Shown: in pieces, positions 13,380-28,460 of the stretch
Layout: each line of letters starts with the position of its first letter
Position numbering within the stretch: position 1 is the first letter of the stretch
DNA from: Eledone cirrhosa
Lineage: Eukaryota
Length of the DNA: 64,000 nucleotides
Direction of reading: 5' to 3'
Assembly: GCA_964016885.1 (NCBI GenBank)
Contig: OZ024743.1
Coordinates: 54,064,001 to 54,128,000 of the forward strand
Made by a program: the position numbers and the translations under genes
The notes under the pieces: generated by a model
Seen by the model: only the letters and a program-made list of their open reading frames with translations
Told to the model about the DNA's origin: nothing
Database searches by the model: none

Positions 13380-13495
13380 ATAGGAGTAAGTAAGACCCCG
13401 ACGGCTGAGCTCAAGCCGTTTCGACGGCTAATTCAGTACAGAATTAGCCGTCGAAACGGCTTGAGCTCAGCCGTCGGGGTCTTACTTACTCCTAT
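13380..13495. repeat. Palindrome with perfect 55-bp arms in a (TA)n-flanked module (13302-13495)
   Basis: 13380-13434 is the exact reverse complement of 13441-13495, with loop agtaca. Confidence 0.95.
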
Positions 13496-13503
13496 ATATA
13501 TAT

Positions 13504-13590
13504 ATATATTGGTAAAAGGAAAAGAAAATGCTGACAAATTGTTCCCAGTGAACAATTTCTCAGTATTTTCTTTTCCTTTTACCAATATAT
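13504..13590. repeat. Hairpin with 41-bp arms and 2 mismatches
   Basis: atatattggtaaaaggaaaagaaaatgctgacaaattgttc pairs with gaacaatttctcagtattttcttttccttttaccaatatat. Confidence 0.92.
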
Positions 13591-13626
13591 CATAACTCGT
13601 GTGTTACACCTCTATTCTTTAAAAAA

Positions 13627-13736
<110 letters not shown>

Positions 13737-13757
13737 AGTTGAGATTGGAAATAGCAC

Positions 13758-13795
13758 TGAAACAGCACTGAAAATATATTTTCAGTGCTGTTTCA
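13758..13795. repeat. Perfect 38-bp palindrome
   Basis: tgaaacagcactgaaaata|tattttcagtgctgtttca, with outer gagatt/aatctc also pairing. Confidence 0.92.
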
Positions 13796-13984
13796 ATCTC
13801 ACCTTTTCTATATAATGAACTATGTGTTCTTACATTCAATACAGATTATCTCCTGTTAAAGTTGATATATTCTATTGTACGTGTATATCATTAGATATAT
13901 ATGTATGTACATATGTCATTCACTATTTTGTAATGATTAAATACTCAGATTTATTCTTTGAGCTTATTCTTAGGGGATAAGGCG

Positions 13985-14261
13985 CATGTTCGAGATTATC
14001 TCAAACATGACATATATAATTTTAAATGTAATATATTTATGCTCCTACTTGGTTGAGCTTTCACTACGTTGAGAGATTCTAGTTATCCTTAAACCCTTTC
14101 ATGTCACTGAGACAGTGACAGAATGCAGTGATTTTTAGATAACACTATGTGCTTCTTTCGCTGTTCTCACTTCTGTATTTTAAGGTGTGTAAGTTCAGAT
14201 GGATCGATTCTCCCTTACATGTTCGAGATTATCTCAAACATGACATATTTAATTTTAAATG

Positions 14262-14269
<8 letters not shown>
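13985..14269. repeat. About 50-bp direct repeats (13985-14036 and 14218-14269) in a module ending at (TA)n
   Basis: catgttcgagattatctcaaacatgacatat.taattttaaatgtaatatat occurs twice. Confidence 0.85.
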
Positions 14270-14340
<71 letters not shown>

Positions 14341-14715
14341 TCTTTCACCTGTGTCTTCCCACGATGGGACCTGTACACTTTTTTCTCCTATTCCTTTCCT
14401 ATTTTCCCCCTCTTCCTCTCTTCTCATCTTTTTCCTCCCTGTTCTTCCTCCTTTCCCTCTCTTTCTTTTTCTCTCTCCTTTTTTCACTCCCTTTTCTCTC
14501 CCTTTCTCTCTCATTTTGCACCTGGACTTTTGATTAATAAAAGGCCCCGGGCGCACCCGAACTACACCGATGTCCTGTAATTCAGCGCCGAAACATCGGT
14601 CCGGGAAAGATTTACAGCTGACGATGGAAACTCCTTTCTTCCTTTCTCCTCCTGTTCCGTCCTAACCACCATCCTAAACCTTGTTTTTAGTAACCACACA
14701 GCTCCTTTCGTTTCA

Positions 14716-14756
<41 letters not shown>

Positions 14757-14974
14757 GCATGTGTGTGTGGAGAGAGATAGAAGAATATAGGGAATGCGTT
14801 TCCTTTGATAATGAATATCAACTTTATGTGTGAGGGGGATGTAACCTAGGGCAAAGTTCTAGATTTTCAAACGTCGAGATAAGTGTTTATTATATTTTTA
14901 TAAATGCGATGTAATTTATAATCTTATGCCTTCGTCTAATGAGCGTGTTGCTTTACCGCCCAAAATAAAATACG

Positions 14975-15300
14975 TAATACTGGCACTCCGTCGATTACGA
15001 CGACGAGTGTTCCAGTTCATCCGATCAACGGAACACCCTGATCCTGAAATTAACTTGCAAGTGGTTGAGCATTCCACAGACACGCGTACACTTAATGTAG
15101 TTCTCGAAGTTTCAGCGTAACACAAAATGTGACAAGGGTGACGATTTGGATTACAGGTACAACACATTTTTGTCATCGGAATGGATTGGATCAACGGGAA
15201 ATAAAGTGTCTTGCTCAAGGATACAACGTGCTGACGTGAATCGAACTCCCGATCTTACGATTGTGAGCCGAATACCCTAATCACGAAGCAACGCGCCTTC
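14975..15300 (-). mobile_element. tRNA-derived SINE (family A), near full length
   Basis: Minus strand has an A/B-box head (gagttcgattc), tatccttgagcaagacact and the 3' tgtggaatgctcaaccacttgcaagttaatttc...gacggagtgccag. Confidence 0.8.
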
Positions 15301-15939
15301 ACACACAATACATAATATAACTGCAATAACTACAGATACAAGAAAGATTGACGAGAGAAGTTCTATTAAGAAGAGAAGTGATAACTCTAGATGATAAATT
15401 GGGCGTTATAAAAAGACACGAACGTGATTACAGCTAAGAAAATTTTGGGCGAGATTTGAAATAAATAAATGAATGAAGAAATGAAGCATCACAGCAAACA
15501 ATTATAAGAAACACAGTTGAATATAAGGAAAAAAAAGGGTAAAGTTGCATCAATATCAAAATGAACTTCAGCTACACAAACAACAAGAAATATGTGTCAT
15601 GATTGAAATTGAGCATCTCTTCTATTTGTGGATGAAAGATTGCAATCAAAACTAAATTCCCTTAAGCAGCACGACTATTCAAATGAAAGCTTTAAGCGTC
15701 TTCTCTGAATTAAAAGAAAATTCTAGAAAAGGAAATGCGATTCCAGCAGGAACTTAAGAAACGTTTACGACTACTAGTAGTTGATTGTAAAAAACATGGC
15801 TGAATGGTTAAGAAGTTTCCTTCGCATTCATTAGATATCGGGTTCAATCCTATTGCAAGACTTGACAAGAAGCTGAATACTTTATAATTAAACCTACCCT
15901 GATTTTTGGTTTCTCTGTCTTCGAACCGCAAACACTTCT

Positions 15940-17020
<1,081 letters not shown>

Positions 17021-18658
17021 ATAGAAAGGATAAAAAGGACGATTGATTATTCCTTCATTGCATTTATTGATAGGTGACGCGCGTTTCGCCACTGATCAGC
17101 TCAGGGTTCGATCTATATCGATCCTACCCGACTCAATAATCCGCAGCTCGACGGACCTTCTTAAAATGCTATAAGAAAATGAAATACATGCTATGTGATA
17201 AAGTCAGATATTCAAGAGTTTGACAAAATGAGTTGTTTTGATTGGTGGGAAGGGTCAAGGCGATGTACTGGCCTGTAGTGTGTATGGGGTAGGTGTGATG
17301 GTGAGATGTTGGGTGGTGGTGGTTGATTGGCCTTGGCGTGTAGAGTATGTGTGGGTGTGGATGTCATGATATGGTGGTGGTTATGTTTGCTTAGTGGGAT
17401 GGGCTTTGGTATGAGGTTAGTGGGTTGTCAGTGGACGGGTTGGCGTGTGTGTGGGGGTGTGGTATTGGTGCCGTTGTCTATGGTAGTGGCGTTTGTGGTG
17501 GTGTGGCGGATGTATTGGTGGCGTCAAGTCATTACCTAGATACATAGCTAGTCGCTCATCGTCTGGCAGATGCTTTGTATATACTTATACGCACACACAT
17601 ATAGGTATATATGTGCACACATATTGTTGTATAAACACACCCACCACACAACACATACGCACATCCTTGCCCCCACATATCGACACACGCTCACACACGG
17701 CCATATGTATATGTACACACATGTGTATGTGCGTGCGCGCGTGCGGCCACGAATATGGAGAGTGGGGGAGTATCGTTGGGGGTGGCGAACGACGGAGATG
17801 GGAGGAAGGTGAGAGGCAATGTAGAAGGTATTTTACATACATACATACATACACATACATATTCCCATACATACATATGGGTATGGGCATACTCACTCAC
17901 ACACACGTATACCCACGCACATATATACACATACATATACACACACACATACATATATATACGCATATATATATATATATACATATACATAGATATACAC
18001 ACACACACACACACATGTACAGACAACACACAGATATACACGCACATATACATATACATGCACGCACATATACATATACATGCACGCACATGAGCTCACC
18101 TACACATATAGTCAGATTCACCCATATACCTATATGTAGACGTGCACATATACACACATACATACACATACATATAGACACACACACATACACATACGCA
18201 TACACATACACACATATATATATATATATACAGATACGTACCCACACATACACACATGTATACACCTGCGCTTATATACACACACACACATACAATAACT
18301 ATGCGTACACGCACACTCATACGTCCGTATGTGTAAGAATACTTACAGACCGACACACACGCTATTGTTGGTGGTGGAGTGGGGGTGTGCGTTGTTCGTG
18401 TGGGTGTGCATTTTCGCAAGGTCCGTCGAGCTGCGGTTTATTGAGTCGGGTAGGATCGATATAGATCGAACCTTGAGCTGATCAGTGGCGAAACGCGCGT
18501 CACCTATCAATAAATGCAATGAAGGAATAATCAATCGTCCTTTTTACCCTTTCTATATATTACACTCTGTATAGCTCTACACATCATCACAGAAGTGAAC
18601 CTAAACATCGAGTGCTCACCCGAGTGAACCTGCAGTAACTCCTAGTTACACCCCCTGG
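17021..18658 (+). mobile_element. Non-coding element in (TA)n with about 140-bp inverted repeats (17021-17159 / 18418-18558), probably a non-autonomous Penelope-like element with an inverted pseudo-LTR
   Basis: The arms are near-identical reverse complements and contain GAAAC-GCGC-GTC followed by AATAAA. The right copy extends about 100 bp further. The interior is GT- and CA-rich with no coding capacity. Confidence 0.65.
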
Positions 18659-18667
18659 ATATATATG

Positions 18668-18735
<68 letters not shown>

Positions 18736-18806
18736 GATAAATCTACCAAGAGTTTACGGTAGTGTCCAATCCGTATGAACTTTGTTTTTCCATTGTGATA
18801 TTTCTG

Positions 18807-18942
18807 CTGAAGACGGCATATATGTGTGTTTGGTATGTATATTTAATCTTGATAGTTTGTATAATTTTGTATAATTTTGTACATAGATCTGTTGAATATG
18901 CATGCCAATTCTAACACATATATATCCTAGAAACGATCGTTA
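18807..18942 (+). ncRNA. Hammerhead-ribozyme-like motif with a very long stem II
   Basis: CTGAAGA (18807) is followed by stem II ggcatatatgtgtgtttggtatgtatatttaa / ttgaatatgcatgccaa..aacacatatatatcc and then GAAAC-GATC-GTT. Stem I is weak. Confidence 0.6.
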
Positions 18943-19011
18943 AATAATGAACTTTTTTTGTTTAATATAAGGAACTGTTTCATTGTTTTATTCATTATTT
19001 GTTTAATATTT

Positions 19012-19042
<31 letters not shown>

Positions 19043-19079
19043 ATATATATATATGTATGTATATATATATATATATATG

Positions 19080-19124
<45 letters not shown>

Positions 19125-19185
19125 ATATATATATATATATGTATGTATATATATATATATGTATGTATATATATATATATATATG

Positions 19186-19325
<140 letters not shown>

Positions 19326-19526
19326 TATTTATTCAGGTTTGAGGTTCACCACTGTATAGAGCTGGTCTATTCCGTATGGTTAATCGTAATGCAATAATAT
19401 AGAGAGTACTCAACGTAAAGCAGTTCAACCGTCTTTGTTTTTGTAGTTGGTGGTGCTATTACGGAGTTAAATATTATAATGAAATGACAGGAGGCTGGAT
19501 TTGTGTAAATCCTTGAAAGGTATATT

Positions 19527-19584
19527 ATACTATGATCATTTCAATGACCGGGTTCCGTATGAATCCGGTGATATCATCAGGTAT
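19527..19584 (-). ncRNA. Minimal type I hammerhead ribozyme
   Basis: Minus strand reads atac-CTGATGA-tatc[accggattc atacg gaacccggt]catt-GAAA-T-GATC-A-TA-gtat. Stem I is atac/gtat, loop III is the palindrome GATC, and the cleavage triplet is AUA. Confidence 0.75.
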
Positions 19585-19962
19585 TCGAAATATAATACGT
19601 GAATGTAATAGATAAAATCCATGGGGCTGAAAATCGAGGACTCGAGGGCGACCGCTATTCTGTTCCTTCAACCTCAGCCGGTCGCCCTGATAATCCAATA
19701 ATATCCACTTTCCGTGACTTACCATCTGATTAATTGGTGAAATATATTTCTTTAATGAAATATATACAGGGAAGATTAATCATTAAAAGGTATATATTTT
19801 TGAAGTTCTAGTTAACTTTATTTATGTTACCTACTAGCCATGCGTGGTTACACGCTTGTAAAAATTATCTCCTGTGATTTTTCATGTTTATATTTATTTA
19901 TATATATGTTGATCAATTCCTAGTTATTATTATATATGTATATATATATATATATGTATATG

Positions 19963-20081
<119 letters not shown>

Positions 20082-20134
20082 ATATGTATATATATATGTA
20101 TATATATATATATATGTATGTATATATGTATATA

Positions 20135-20173
<39 letters not shown>

Positions 20174-20184
20174 ATATGTATATA

Positions 20185-20247
<63 letters not shown>

Positions 20248-20374
20248 GTATATATGTATATATGTATGTGTGCGTGTATGTGTGTGTGTGTGTCTTTAAG
20301 AGGTGAAAGCATAGTCCATCAAATCGCACATTCAATTGCTGGCTTCAGGGCCTGGGAATAACATATGAGTTACG

Positions 20375-20545
20375 GATAAGCAGAATTGGTAGAGCGAAGG
20401 ATAAAATATCATACCGTTCTTTGTTTTGGTTCTTTACATTCTGAGTTCAAATCCCATTGAGATCAGTTTTGCTTTTTATCCTTCAGAGGTCGATAAAATA
20501 AAGCACATGTTAAGCATTGGAGTCGATTGAATCAATATTGCTTTT
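20375..20545 (+). mobile_element. tRNA-derived SINE (family B)
   Basis: gcagaattggtagagcg, ctgagttcaaatccc and tttgctttttatccttcagaggtcgataaaataaag. Confidence 0.75.
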
Positions 20546-21015
20546 CCCTCAGGTTTTCTGAGTAAATTTGACCAGTTATCAAATATCCTTAACTTGACCT
20601 TTCACACATCTTATTTCACCCTTAACTTGACCTTGTCCTTTCGTATATCTCAATTGTTATATATTTCGGAAGAACCTGGGATCTCTTTACTATATCTTCA
20701 CTCTTATATCACTGATTTGTTCCCTATTTATTTCCTTATATATATTTTGAGTATTCCCTTTTATTTGTTGTCTGCTTTACTTTATTTTTTATTATTTTCC
20801 TTTCCATGGGACCTGCTTTCTCGTCTGATTCGATTCATCAAAATAAAATCCAGTTGTTTCTGGAAGAGGACAGCAGAGATGTGCATTTTTACGGCTGATG
20901 ATTTGGTGATACATAATTACCATTGATTATCTTGCACACCGATATCTGTATTTCTTCGCCGAAACAATCGTAAAATAATGGATGAATTAATACCTGACTT
21001 TGCTTTTCTTATTCT

Positions 21016-21104
<89 letters not shown>

Positions 21105-21284
21105 CACTATTATTATTTATCTTTTACCCTTTACTCGTTCATTTCCTTATTGTCAATATGTTTTTTATTTTTTATTTCTCATTTTATTATTGTTGTTACT
21201 TTTTAAACATTTTAAACCTTTTTTTACTGTTATCCTTTTTTGTTTTGTTTTATCCTTCACCATTTCTGTGGTCTTTAAATGTAA

Positions 21285-21642
21285 ATCTACTGTTATACAT
21301 TCAACTACTCCCTCCTCAGCCCCTAAAAACCTACTAATAAGTGTATATAAAAAGGCGCCTCTAGTGTGCCTAGTGTAAATAGATTAAATAGAATCGAAGT
21401 CTGTGTCGCAGCATATGTACAAACATTATTGGCATATTACAATTGTTTCGATATCGATCAGCTCAGGTTAAAATCAAAATGACGGGGCCCGATTCTTTTT
21501 CGACAACTGGTCAGATATGCGAGTTTATATGTGCAAAGACATATTCAAACTGTTGACAGAGATCCCGGGATCTTTTTTATATACACTTATTAGTAGGTTT
21601 TTAGGGGCTGAGGAGGGAGTAGTTGAATGAATAACAGTAGAT
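21285..21642. mobile_element. Fold-back module with about 69-bp inverted arms (21285-21353 / 21574-21642) around a spacer carrying an HHR-variant motif
   Basis: The arms are near-perfect reverse complements. The spacer minus strand reads cctgagctgatc-gatatc-GAAAC-AATT-GTA at 21438-21467. Confidence 0.7.
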
Positions 21643-21703
21643 ACAGATATATATATATATACACACACACACACATATATATATATCTATTTCTATTAAT
21701 AAT

Positions 21704-22532
21704 AATATTCCTAAACTATTCTTTAGGGCCTTAGATAAATGCTTCCCTCCCTCACATATCGAGAGTAAAATCTTTAACAAACATACAATAAAAATTTCTT
21801 ATTCCACCTCTTCCAACATCTCTAACATTATCTCTAAACACAACAATAAAATATTAAATAATAAATCACATCCTTCCAACACTGAGCGTCATAATAATAG
21901 CAGTAGTACTCCCGACGTCATTGTTAACTCTAGGCTAGATTTTGTAAACTTAAATACGACGTCAAACGTAACTTCGTTTAATGTTCATAATACCAATCTA
22001 AATCAGGAAACTATTATTCCTATCGTAAATAACTTCTCCAGTCCAATTCCTTCTATAAATAACACTAGGTCACTTGTTAATAACTCTGTTAATTTCTCTA
22101 ATCGTAATTTTAATTGCCCTGTTAGAACTAAATGTCCTCTTAATAACCATTGTCTTGATAAAAACTTAGTCTATGAATGTAAGGTTATAACTGATACCAA
22201 TTCCTTTACCTATTTCGGTTCCACTTCTACTTCCTTCAAAGCTAGATTTTATAATCACAATTCGTCTTTTAAATACCAACTTAAAAGAACTAACACGGTA
22301 CTATCGGAGCTCATATGGTCCTTGAAAGAGGAAAAATATGAACATCTCTTGGAGGAAGGTTTGTTCTGCCTTTCTTTACTTGAATTCTTCCCTATCCAGA
22401 ACATGTAATCTCTGCCTAGCCGAGAAATTTACCATTATATCTAATTTCAATTCTATAATAAATAGATGCACGGATTTATTTTCTCTCTGCTTGCATAAAT
22501 TCCACAGAACATTCCATAAAGTATACAGCTAA
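21704..22532 (+). pseudogene. Penelope-like (Naiad-like) linker plus GIY-YIG endonuclease, one frameshift near 22335
   Basis: The stop-free frame from 21704 reads NIPKLFFRALDKCFPPSH..KIFNKHTIKISYS..NISNIISKHNNKIL...NCPVRTKCPLNNHCLDKNLVYECKV..TYFGSTSTSFKARFYNHNSSF..TVLSELIWSLK. ORF 22338-22532 then continues with ISWRKV..CNLCLAEKFTI..NRCTDLFSLCLHK. Confidence 0.85.
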
Positions 22533-23686
22533 TATCTCAATACCTTACTAGTTTAAAATCCTTTTTCTCAAAGGCTTATATATCTTTTACAAATATACCC
22601 ATCTTTCTACCTTATTTCAATATTATATATTATATAATACAATTTACTCATTCTATATCATTCCTCTTTATCATTTTCCTTTCTTCCTTTATTCTTTTTA
22701 ATTTATAACCTCTAATCTGTACCTTTTCTTCCCAACTACTTATCAATTCTTATTATTACTCACCACAACATTATCCATTCTTCCATCTTTCCTCATATCA
22801 TTGGCCATAAAAATTCTTTTTAATACATTATAGTATTACCATTAGAAGTCCTTCGTAAACATATAATTTTTTGACATTAGATATTTTCTTCCTTAAATTT
22901 TTCTTATCTCCTCCATCCTTTCATGCTCGTTTTAAACTTCTACTTAATTTGACTTTTACATATTACAATACATAAAAACAAACTTCAACCCTAACTAATT
23001 TCTTTTAATATATTATATTATTACCATTAGAAAATATTTCGTAAACATATATACTTTTTGATGTTAGATATTTTCTTCCTTAAACATTCTTTTCTTCTTT
23101 CCTTCCGCCCTCATTTTAAACAAACTATTAACGTACACATATTACATTACATAAAAACAAACTTAAACCCTAACTAATTCCTCTAAATTCATAACTCATT
23201 TATTCTTCTCCTTCTTTTCACATTATATCCTTAATAACATTAATATTTTTATTTTAATAATACATATTAATAAATTCTTTTCCTCGCACATATTATTAAA
23301 CCCTTCAATATACAAACCTTAATTTAATACTATTCTTAATTCCTTTTTCTTCATGCATAAACCTCATTAACTTTTAATTTCAAAATCTTTTAAATTATGT
23401 ATTATCTTCCAACGGCTTTTTAATTTCTCTCTGTGAGATAATATTTTTTTTTCTCAGTTGTAAAGGCTATCTCTCTCTCTCTATCACCCATCTCTCCTCC
23501 TCTCTCATCCTTCCTTCTTATACTCCTCCCCCACCAACCTTTACTCTCATTTCTTCCTCTTCCTTACCTTTTCCAACCCCCTTCACTTTTTCCCAATCTC
23601 ATACATCAATCTTAATTTATTTTTCATATGTTGATTTAAAACATCACTATTCACAAGTGTTTTTTAAGCTTCATATCATGTCTCCC

Positions 23687-23757
23687 TATTTTATCTGATG
23701 AGAACGCAGATATCATCCCATGACGATATTTGTTTTTGAAATGCGCATAATAAAATA
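23687..23757 (+). ncRNA. Minimal type I hammerhead ribozyme at the 3' end of the Penelope-like element
   Basis: tattttat-CTGATGA-gaacgcagatatc..gatatttgttttt-GAAA-T-GCGC-A-TA-ataaaata. Stem I is 8 bp, loop III is the palindrome GCGC, and cleavage is predicted after 23749. Confidence 0.8.
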
Positions 23758-23786
23758 TTTGTAACTCTTTTAACCATCTTTTGATC

Positions 23787-23899
<113 letters not shown>

Positions 23900-23991
23900 C
23901 CCGAGTTGAGATGGGTGTAACCACAGTAAATAAGGTACTCAATACATGTGTAGATTAACGACAAAGATTTATATAGAAATCGTTTCTACAG

Positions 23992-24025
23992 GACTAGAAC
24001 TGTTTCATTTGTATGAAATCATCAG
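23992..24025 (-). ncRNA. Partial hammerhead-like motif in a short module next to (GATA)n/(TA)n
   Basis: Minus strand reads CTGATGA-tttcatacaaat-GAAAC-agttcta-GTC. No stem I is evident. The adjacent sequence is shared with 48139-48211. Confidence 0.4.
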
Positions 24026-24234
24026 GAATGCATTGCTGATTATATATATATATATTTAAATATATATATATGTAAACAAACAAGGTGTGGTAAGATAACA
24101 GGTGGACCATAACGCACCAGACTACTCAATACTTAGGGCAGTTGAGTGGGTAAACGCAGTTCGGATTTAGCTGTCGAAATGGCCGTGCAATGAATGAAGG
24201 ATTCATATACTGTTTATGGAAGCAATATAATAAT

Positions 24235-24329
24235 TGTTATTAATGATGACTGTTTATTTCGAACTTTCGTTGACATTATTGATAAACCAATAACATCAGT
24301 GAATCGAAGTATAGTCACCATTAATAACA
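24235..24329. repeat. Imperfect hairpin of about 95 nt
   Basis: tgttattaatgatgactgt..ttcga pairs with tcgaagtatagtcaccattaataaca, and the inner ttcgttgacattattg pairs with caataacatcagtgaa. Confidence 0.75.
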
Positions 24330-24580
24330 CATACACACACACTGATACACACATGTAGACACATGTACAGAGACATCTATCTTTCTCTCTCTATATCACA
24401 TTCACACCTACACACATACGCACACAAATACTGATGCACACATATTCTCTCTCTCTCTCTCTCTCTTTCTCACAAACACCTACACCCGCACACACCCACA
24501 CCTACACCCGCACACACCCACACCTACACCCACACACCCCCACACACACAGTGACATGCACGTTATCTTTCTCTCTCTCT

Positions 24581-24632
<52 letters not shown>

Positions 24633-24845
24633 TCTCTCTGTCTCAGACACATGTACTCTCACACATACATACACACACGTACACACATTTGGCTTGTCTC
24701 TGTACAAGCTTACGTATTTGAATTACGTTCACACATCATGTAAATAATGAAAACCTAGCCTTGGGGTATGACGTAAAGGTACAATATCTGTAACAGAACA
24801 CGATTGGTCGCATTGATTCAATGTTAGAATATCTTATAACCTCTG

Positions 24846-25011
<166 letters not shown>

Positions 25012-25039
25012 CACCACTATGTATGCTTTAATTTCTGTA

Positions 25040-25080
<41 letters not shown>

Positions 25081-25897
25081 TACATATATGTATGTATGTA
25101 TGAGTGTGTATGTATATATATATATATAACTATTTGTATGTGTATATATATATATATATATATATACATATGTATTTGTATTTGTATGTGTGTGTATATA
25201 TATATATATATATATACATGCAATTGTGTTTTAGGCAATGTTAGTAAAATATGGCAGCCCATCACCTTCTCATGTCTTAGTATTTGTGAAATGAGTTCAT
25301 ATTATCACACTGAGAATTTACTTACAGTAGTTTTTGTCTCAAAGAATACGTACTGCCTGATTAGAGAAAAAGGACTACAGAACATATCTCCATGTCTAGT
25401 GATATTATCTTCTTTCTATTGCTTAACAATAAAATAGACCGTTTCTCCAAAGCCTTTCTTTATTTATTATTCACCTTATCTCTCATTTTCTATTTGTCTC
25501 CAGAAGAAAGACAATTATGCTTCTTTGCCCTGTGCAAATATACATTGTACACAAGTGCAATGATTATTCAATTAAAGTCTGAAATGTTTGCACACGCTGT
25601 GGAAATATCGGTGAACGAAATACATCATTCTAAGATTTTCTTATAGTTTTACCAATTGATGTATCTCTGTGTCAAGTGACCTGGGGAATTAATTACATGT
25701 ACATGTAGAGAGAAGGATGAGTGTGTCAATAGACTTGTATTCTATTTACATCTATCTATCTGTCTAATTAACCATTTGATTTTCTAACTACATGCGTTGT
25801 ACCAAATTACAATACACTACTCCCAGTCTACTTTCCTATATATTGAACTCTCTCTCTCTCTATCTCTCTCTCTCTCTATATATATAAATATATATAC

Positions 25898-25949
<52 letters not shown>

Positions 25950-26040
25950 GTATATATATGTATATATATGTGTATATATATGTATATATATATGTATGTA
26001 TATGTATATATATATGTATATATGTATGTATATATGTATG

Positions 26041-26073
<33 letters not shown>

Positions 26074-26086
26074 GTATATATATATG

Positions 26087-26119
<33 letters not shown>

Positions 26120-26251
26120 GTATATATATGTATATATATATGTATATATAAATATGTATATATATATGTATATATAAATATGTATATATATATATATATA
26201 CGTATATATATATATATATACGTATATATATATATAATAATATAAATATAT

Positions 26252-26329
<78 letters not shown>

Positions 26330-26340
26330 ATATATATTTA

Positions 26341-26380
<40 letters not shown>

Positions 26381-27429
26381 TACAGCCAGGCTACCGCACT
26401 TCTAAATGTCTCTGTTACTATCTACTATCTATCTAATAATCCATCCATCGTTCCCTCTGTCTGTCAAGTCTCTCGATCGATCTTCTTACGTATTTTCCAC
26501 TCGAATCGCCTCCCGCACTATTCCTTCCCGTATCCTGATCTTCCCCGTCTACCATCCTCTACACTTCTATGTAGTGTGCATCCTTTTGAACTCTTCTGCT
26601 TCCGACGACTAGTGTTCCAGTTGTATGAACAACGGAACATTCGTTGGACTATACTACATATTTACAGACAACTGAGAGAACGGTTTCTACGTAACAATAC
26701 TTCACACACACACACACACATACACACTCTTATACAAGACAAAAACAACAAACACGTAACGGACGTTTCAGCGACCCATAGAAGCCCGGTTTCGCCATTT
26801 TTGTGGTACCGTTTTCTTCGTTTTATATGTTGGCTGTTTAAATGGACATTATATGGAGTAGATGTGAAAGAAAGTTCACCTGCGTTACGACTTCAGGTCA
26901 CGCGTGACAGCTTCAGTTAAAAGAGGGTTGCTAAGCTTCTAGAGTTCTATGCATTGCATTCTAACTTCTTCAACAAGAAATAAAAGATGTAGCGCTATTG
27001 TTTTTAAACAGATTATATCTTTGGGAAATGGTTTGAATGACTGGTCGATCGTTCTGGATATGCATGGCAGTAAAGCAATACTTTAAGGCCAGTGTCCGTT
27101 ATATGCAAAGTGCCAAAAGGCTAGGTTCCTTCAGGCATGTTCAAAAACACCTGTTCAATAATATTAGTAAGTAGCTAGAAGGGTATATTAGATACCCGCT
27201 TGGATTATTATATGAAAGAAAATTGAATAAAACGGCTCGCAGACCTACTCAAAAAATGTTCATTCTACGGCAGATACCACCTTATTTCCTATAAAGTTTC
27301 GACGTGGACAAACCGCAACGACCATCCAGATGGTACCTAGGCAGATTTTATTAGGTCAGCAGACAATTCTACTGACATGGCTTTAAAAATGAGGCTTGTT
27401 TGCACAATTGCAAACGAATCGAATATCAG

Positions 27430-27620
27430 GGTGGTGAATTGGCAGAATTGGTAGAAAGGTCGGACGCCATGCTTTCCAGCGTAGTTACGTCCATTTACGA
27501 TCTGAGTTCAAATCCCGCCGAGGTTAACTTTGCCTTTCATCCTTACGGGGTCGATAAAATAAAGTACCAGTAATGTATTTGGTAATTGCTGGCCTTGTAC
27601 CAAAAGTAGAAACAATTATT
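27430..27620 (+). mobile_element. tRNA-derived SINE (family B)
   Basis: tggcagaattggtagaagg, ctgagttcaaatcccgccgagg, gcctttcatccttacggggtcgataaaataaagtaccag and ggccttgtaccaaaagtagaaacaattatt. Confidence 0.85.
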
Positions 27621-27666
27621 AATATTCGAAAAACTCAGATTCCATATATAGATTGCATATATATAT

Positions 27667-27793
<127 letters not shown>

Positions 27794-27828
27794 AGAGAGA
27801 ATATATATATACAAATATGTCTATCTAT

Positions 27829-28407
27829 CTAAGGCGGGTAAAATTCCCGAGATCCATGGACGAGTTCTCTCCAGCGGTCTCTGTCCCTCATTATCGCTGC
27901 CATGTCCTGCATCTCCAACAGACCAGTGTCTGTCCTTAGGGCATCAACATACGTTAACCTTGGTCTTCCTCTTCTAGTATGTCCATGTAGGGGCTCCCAA
28001 AGGAGTACTGAGTGCAATGTCAACTCTGGATGTCGGTGAGCATGTCCAGCTAACCTCAGTCTCCTCTGTGTCACTTTTGAGCTGACTTTTGGGATGCTCC
28101 CATACAGCTCTGAGTTTTTCATCCTCAGTGAATACTGATTAATGTTCAGAGCCATCCTCAGCATTCTCGTGTAGCACCCATCCACCATCTGAGTGAGTTT
28201 CTTGGTCAGTGTCCAAGTCTCAGATCCGTACAGCAGCACAGACTCCACTACAGCAATGAAGAGGCGGATTTTCAGGTCTCTACGAAGGTCCGACTTCCAC
28301 ACCGATCTCAAGCTGTGGCATGCCGCCCAGGCCTTGCTCTTCCTCGCAACCACATCATCTTCCGTATTCCCAATCTTTGCTCCCAAATACAGGAAGCCCT
28401 CAACCAA
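27829..28407 (-). pseudogene. RTE ORF part 3: RT thumb and C-terminus
   Basis: FLYLG, VLLYGSETWTL, RRLRLAGHAHRH and RRGRPRLTYVD motifs. Confidence 0.9.
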
Positions 28408-28460
28408 TTCCAGCGGCTTCCCGCCTACATTAGTGATCCTCTCTGGCCTCTCAACATTCT

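Noticed and set aside
14556-14635. GAAAC-ATCG-GTC followed by CTGACGA as a permuted hammerhead
   Set aside because: Stems I and II do not pair, and a competing ccgatgt/acatcgg hairpin covers the site.
20895-20978. CTGATGA...GAAAC-AATC-GTA as a hammerhead
   Set aside because: Stem II does not close at the core and stem I is out of register. At most a decayed remnant.
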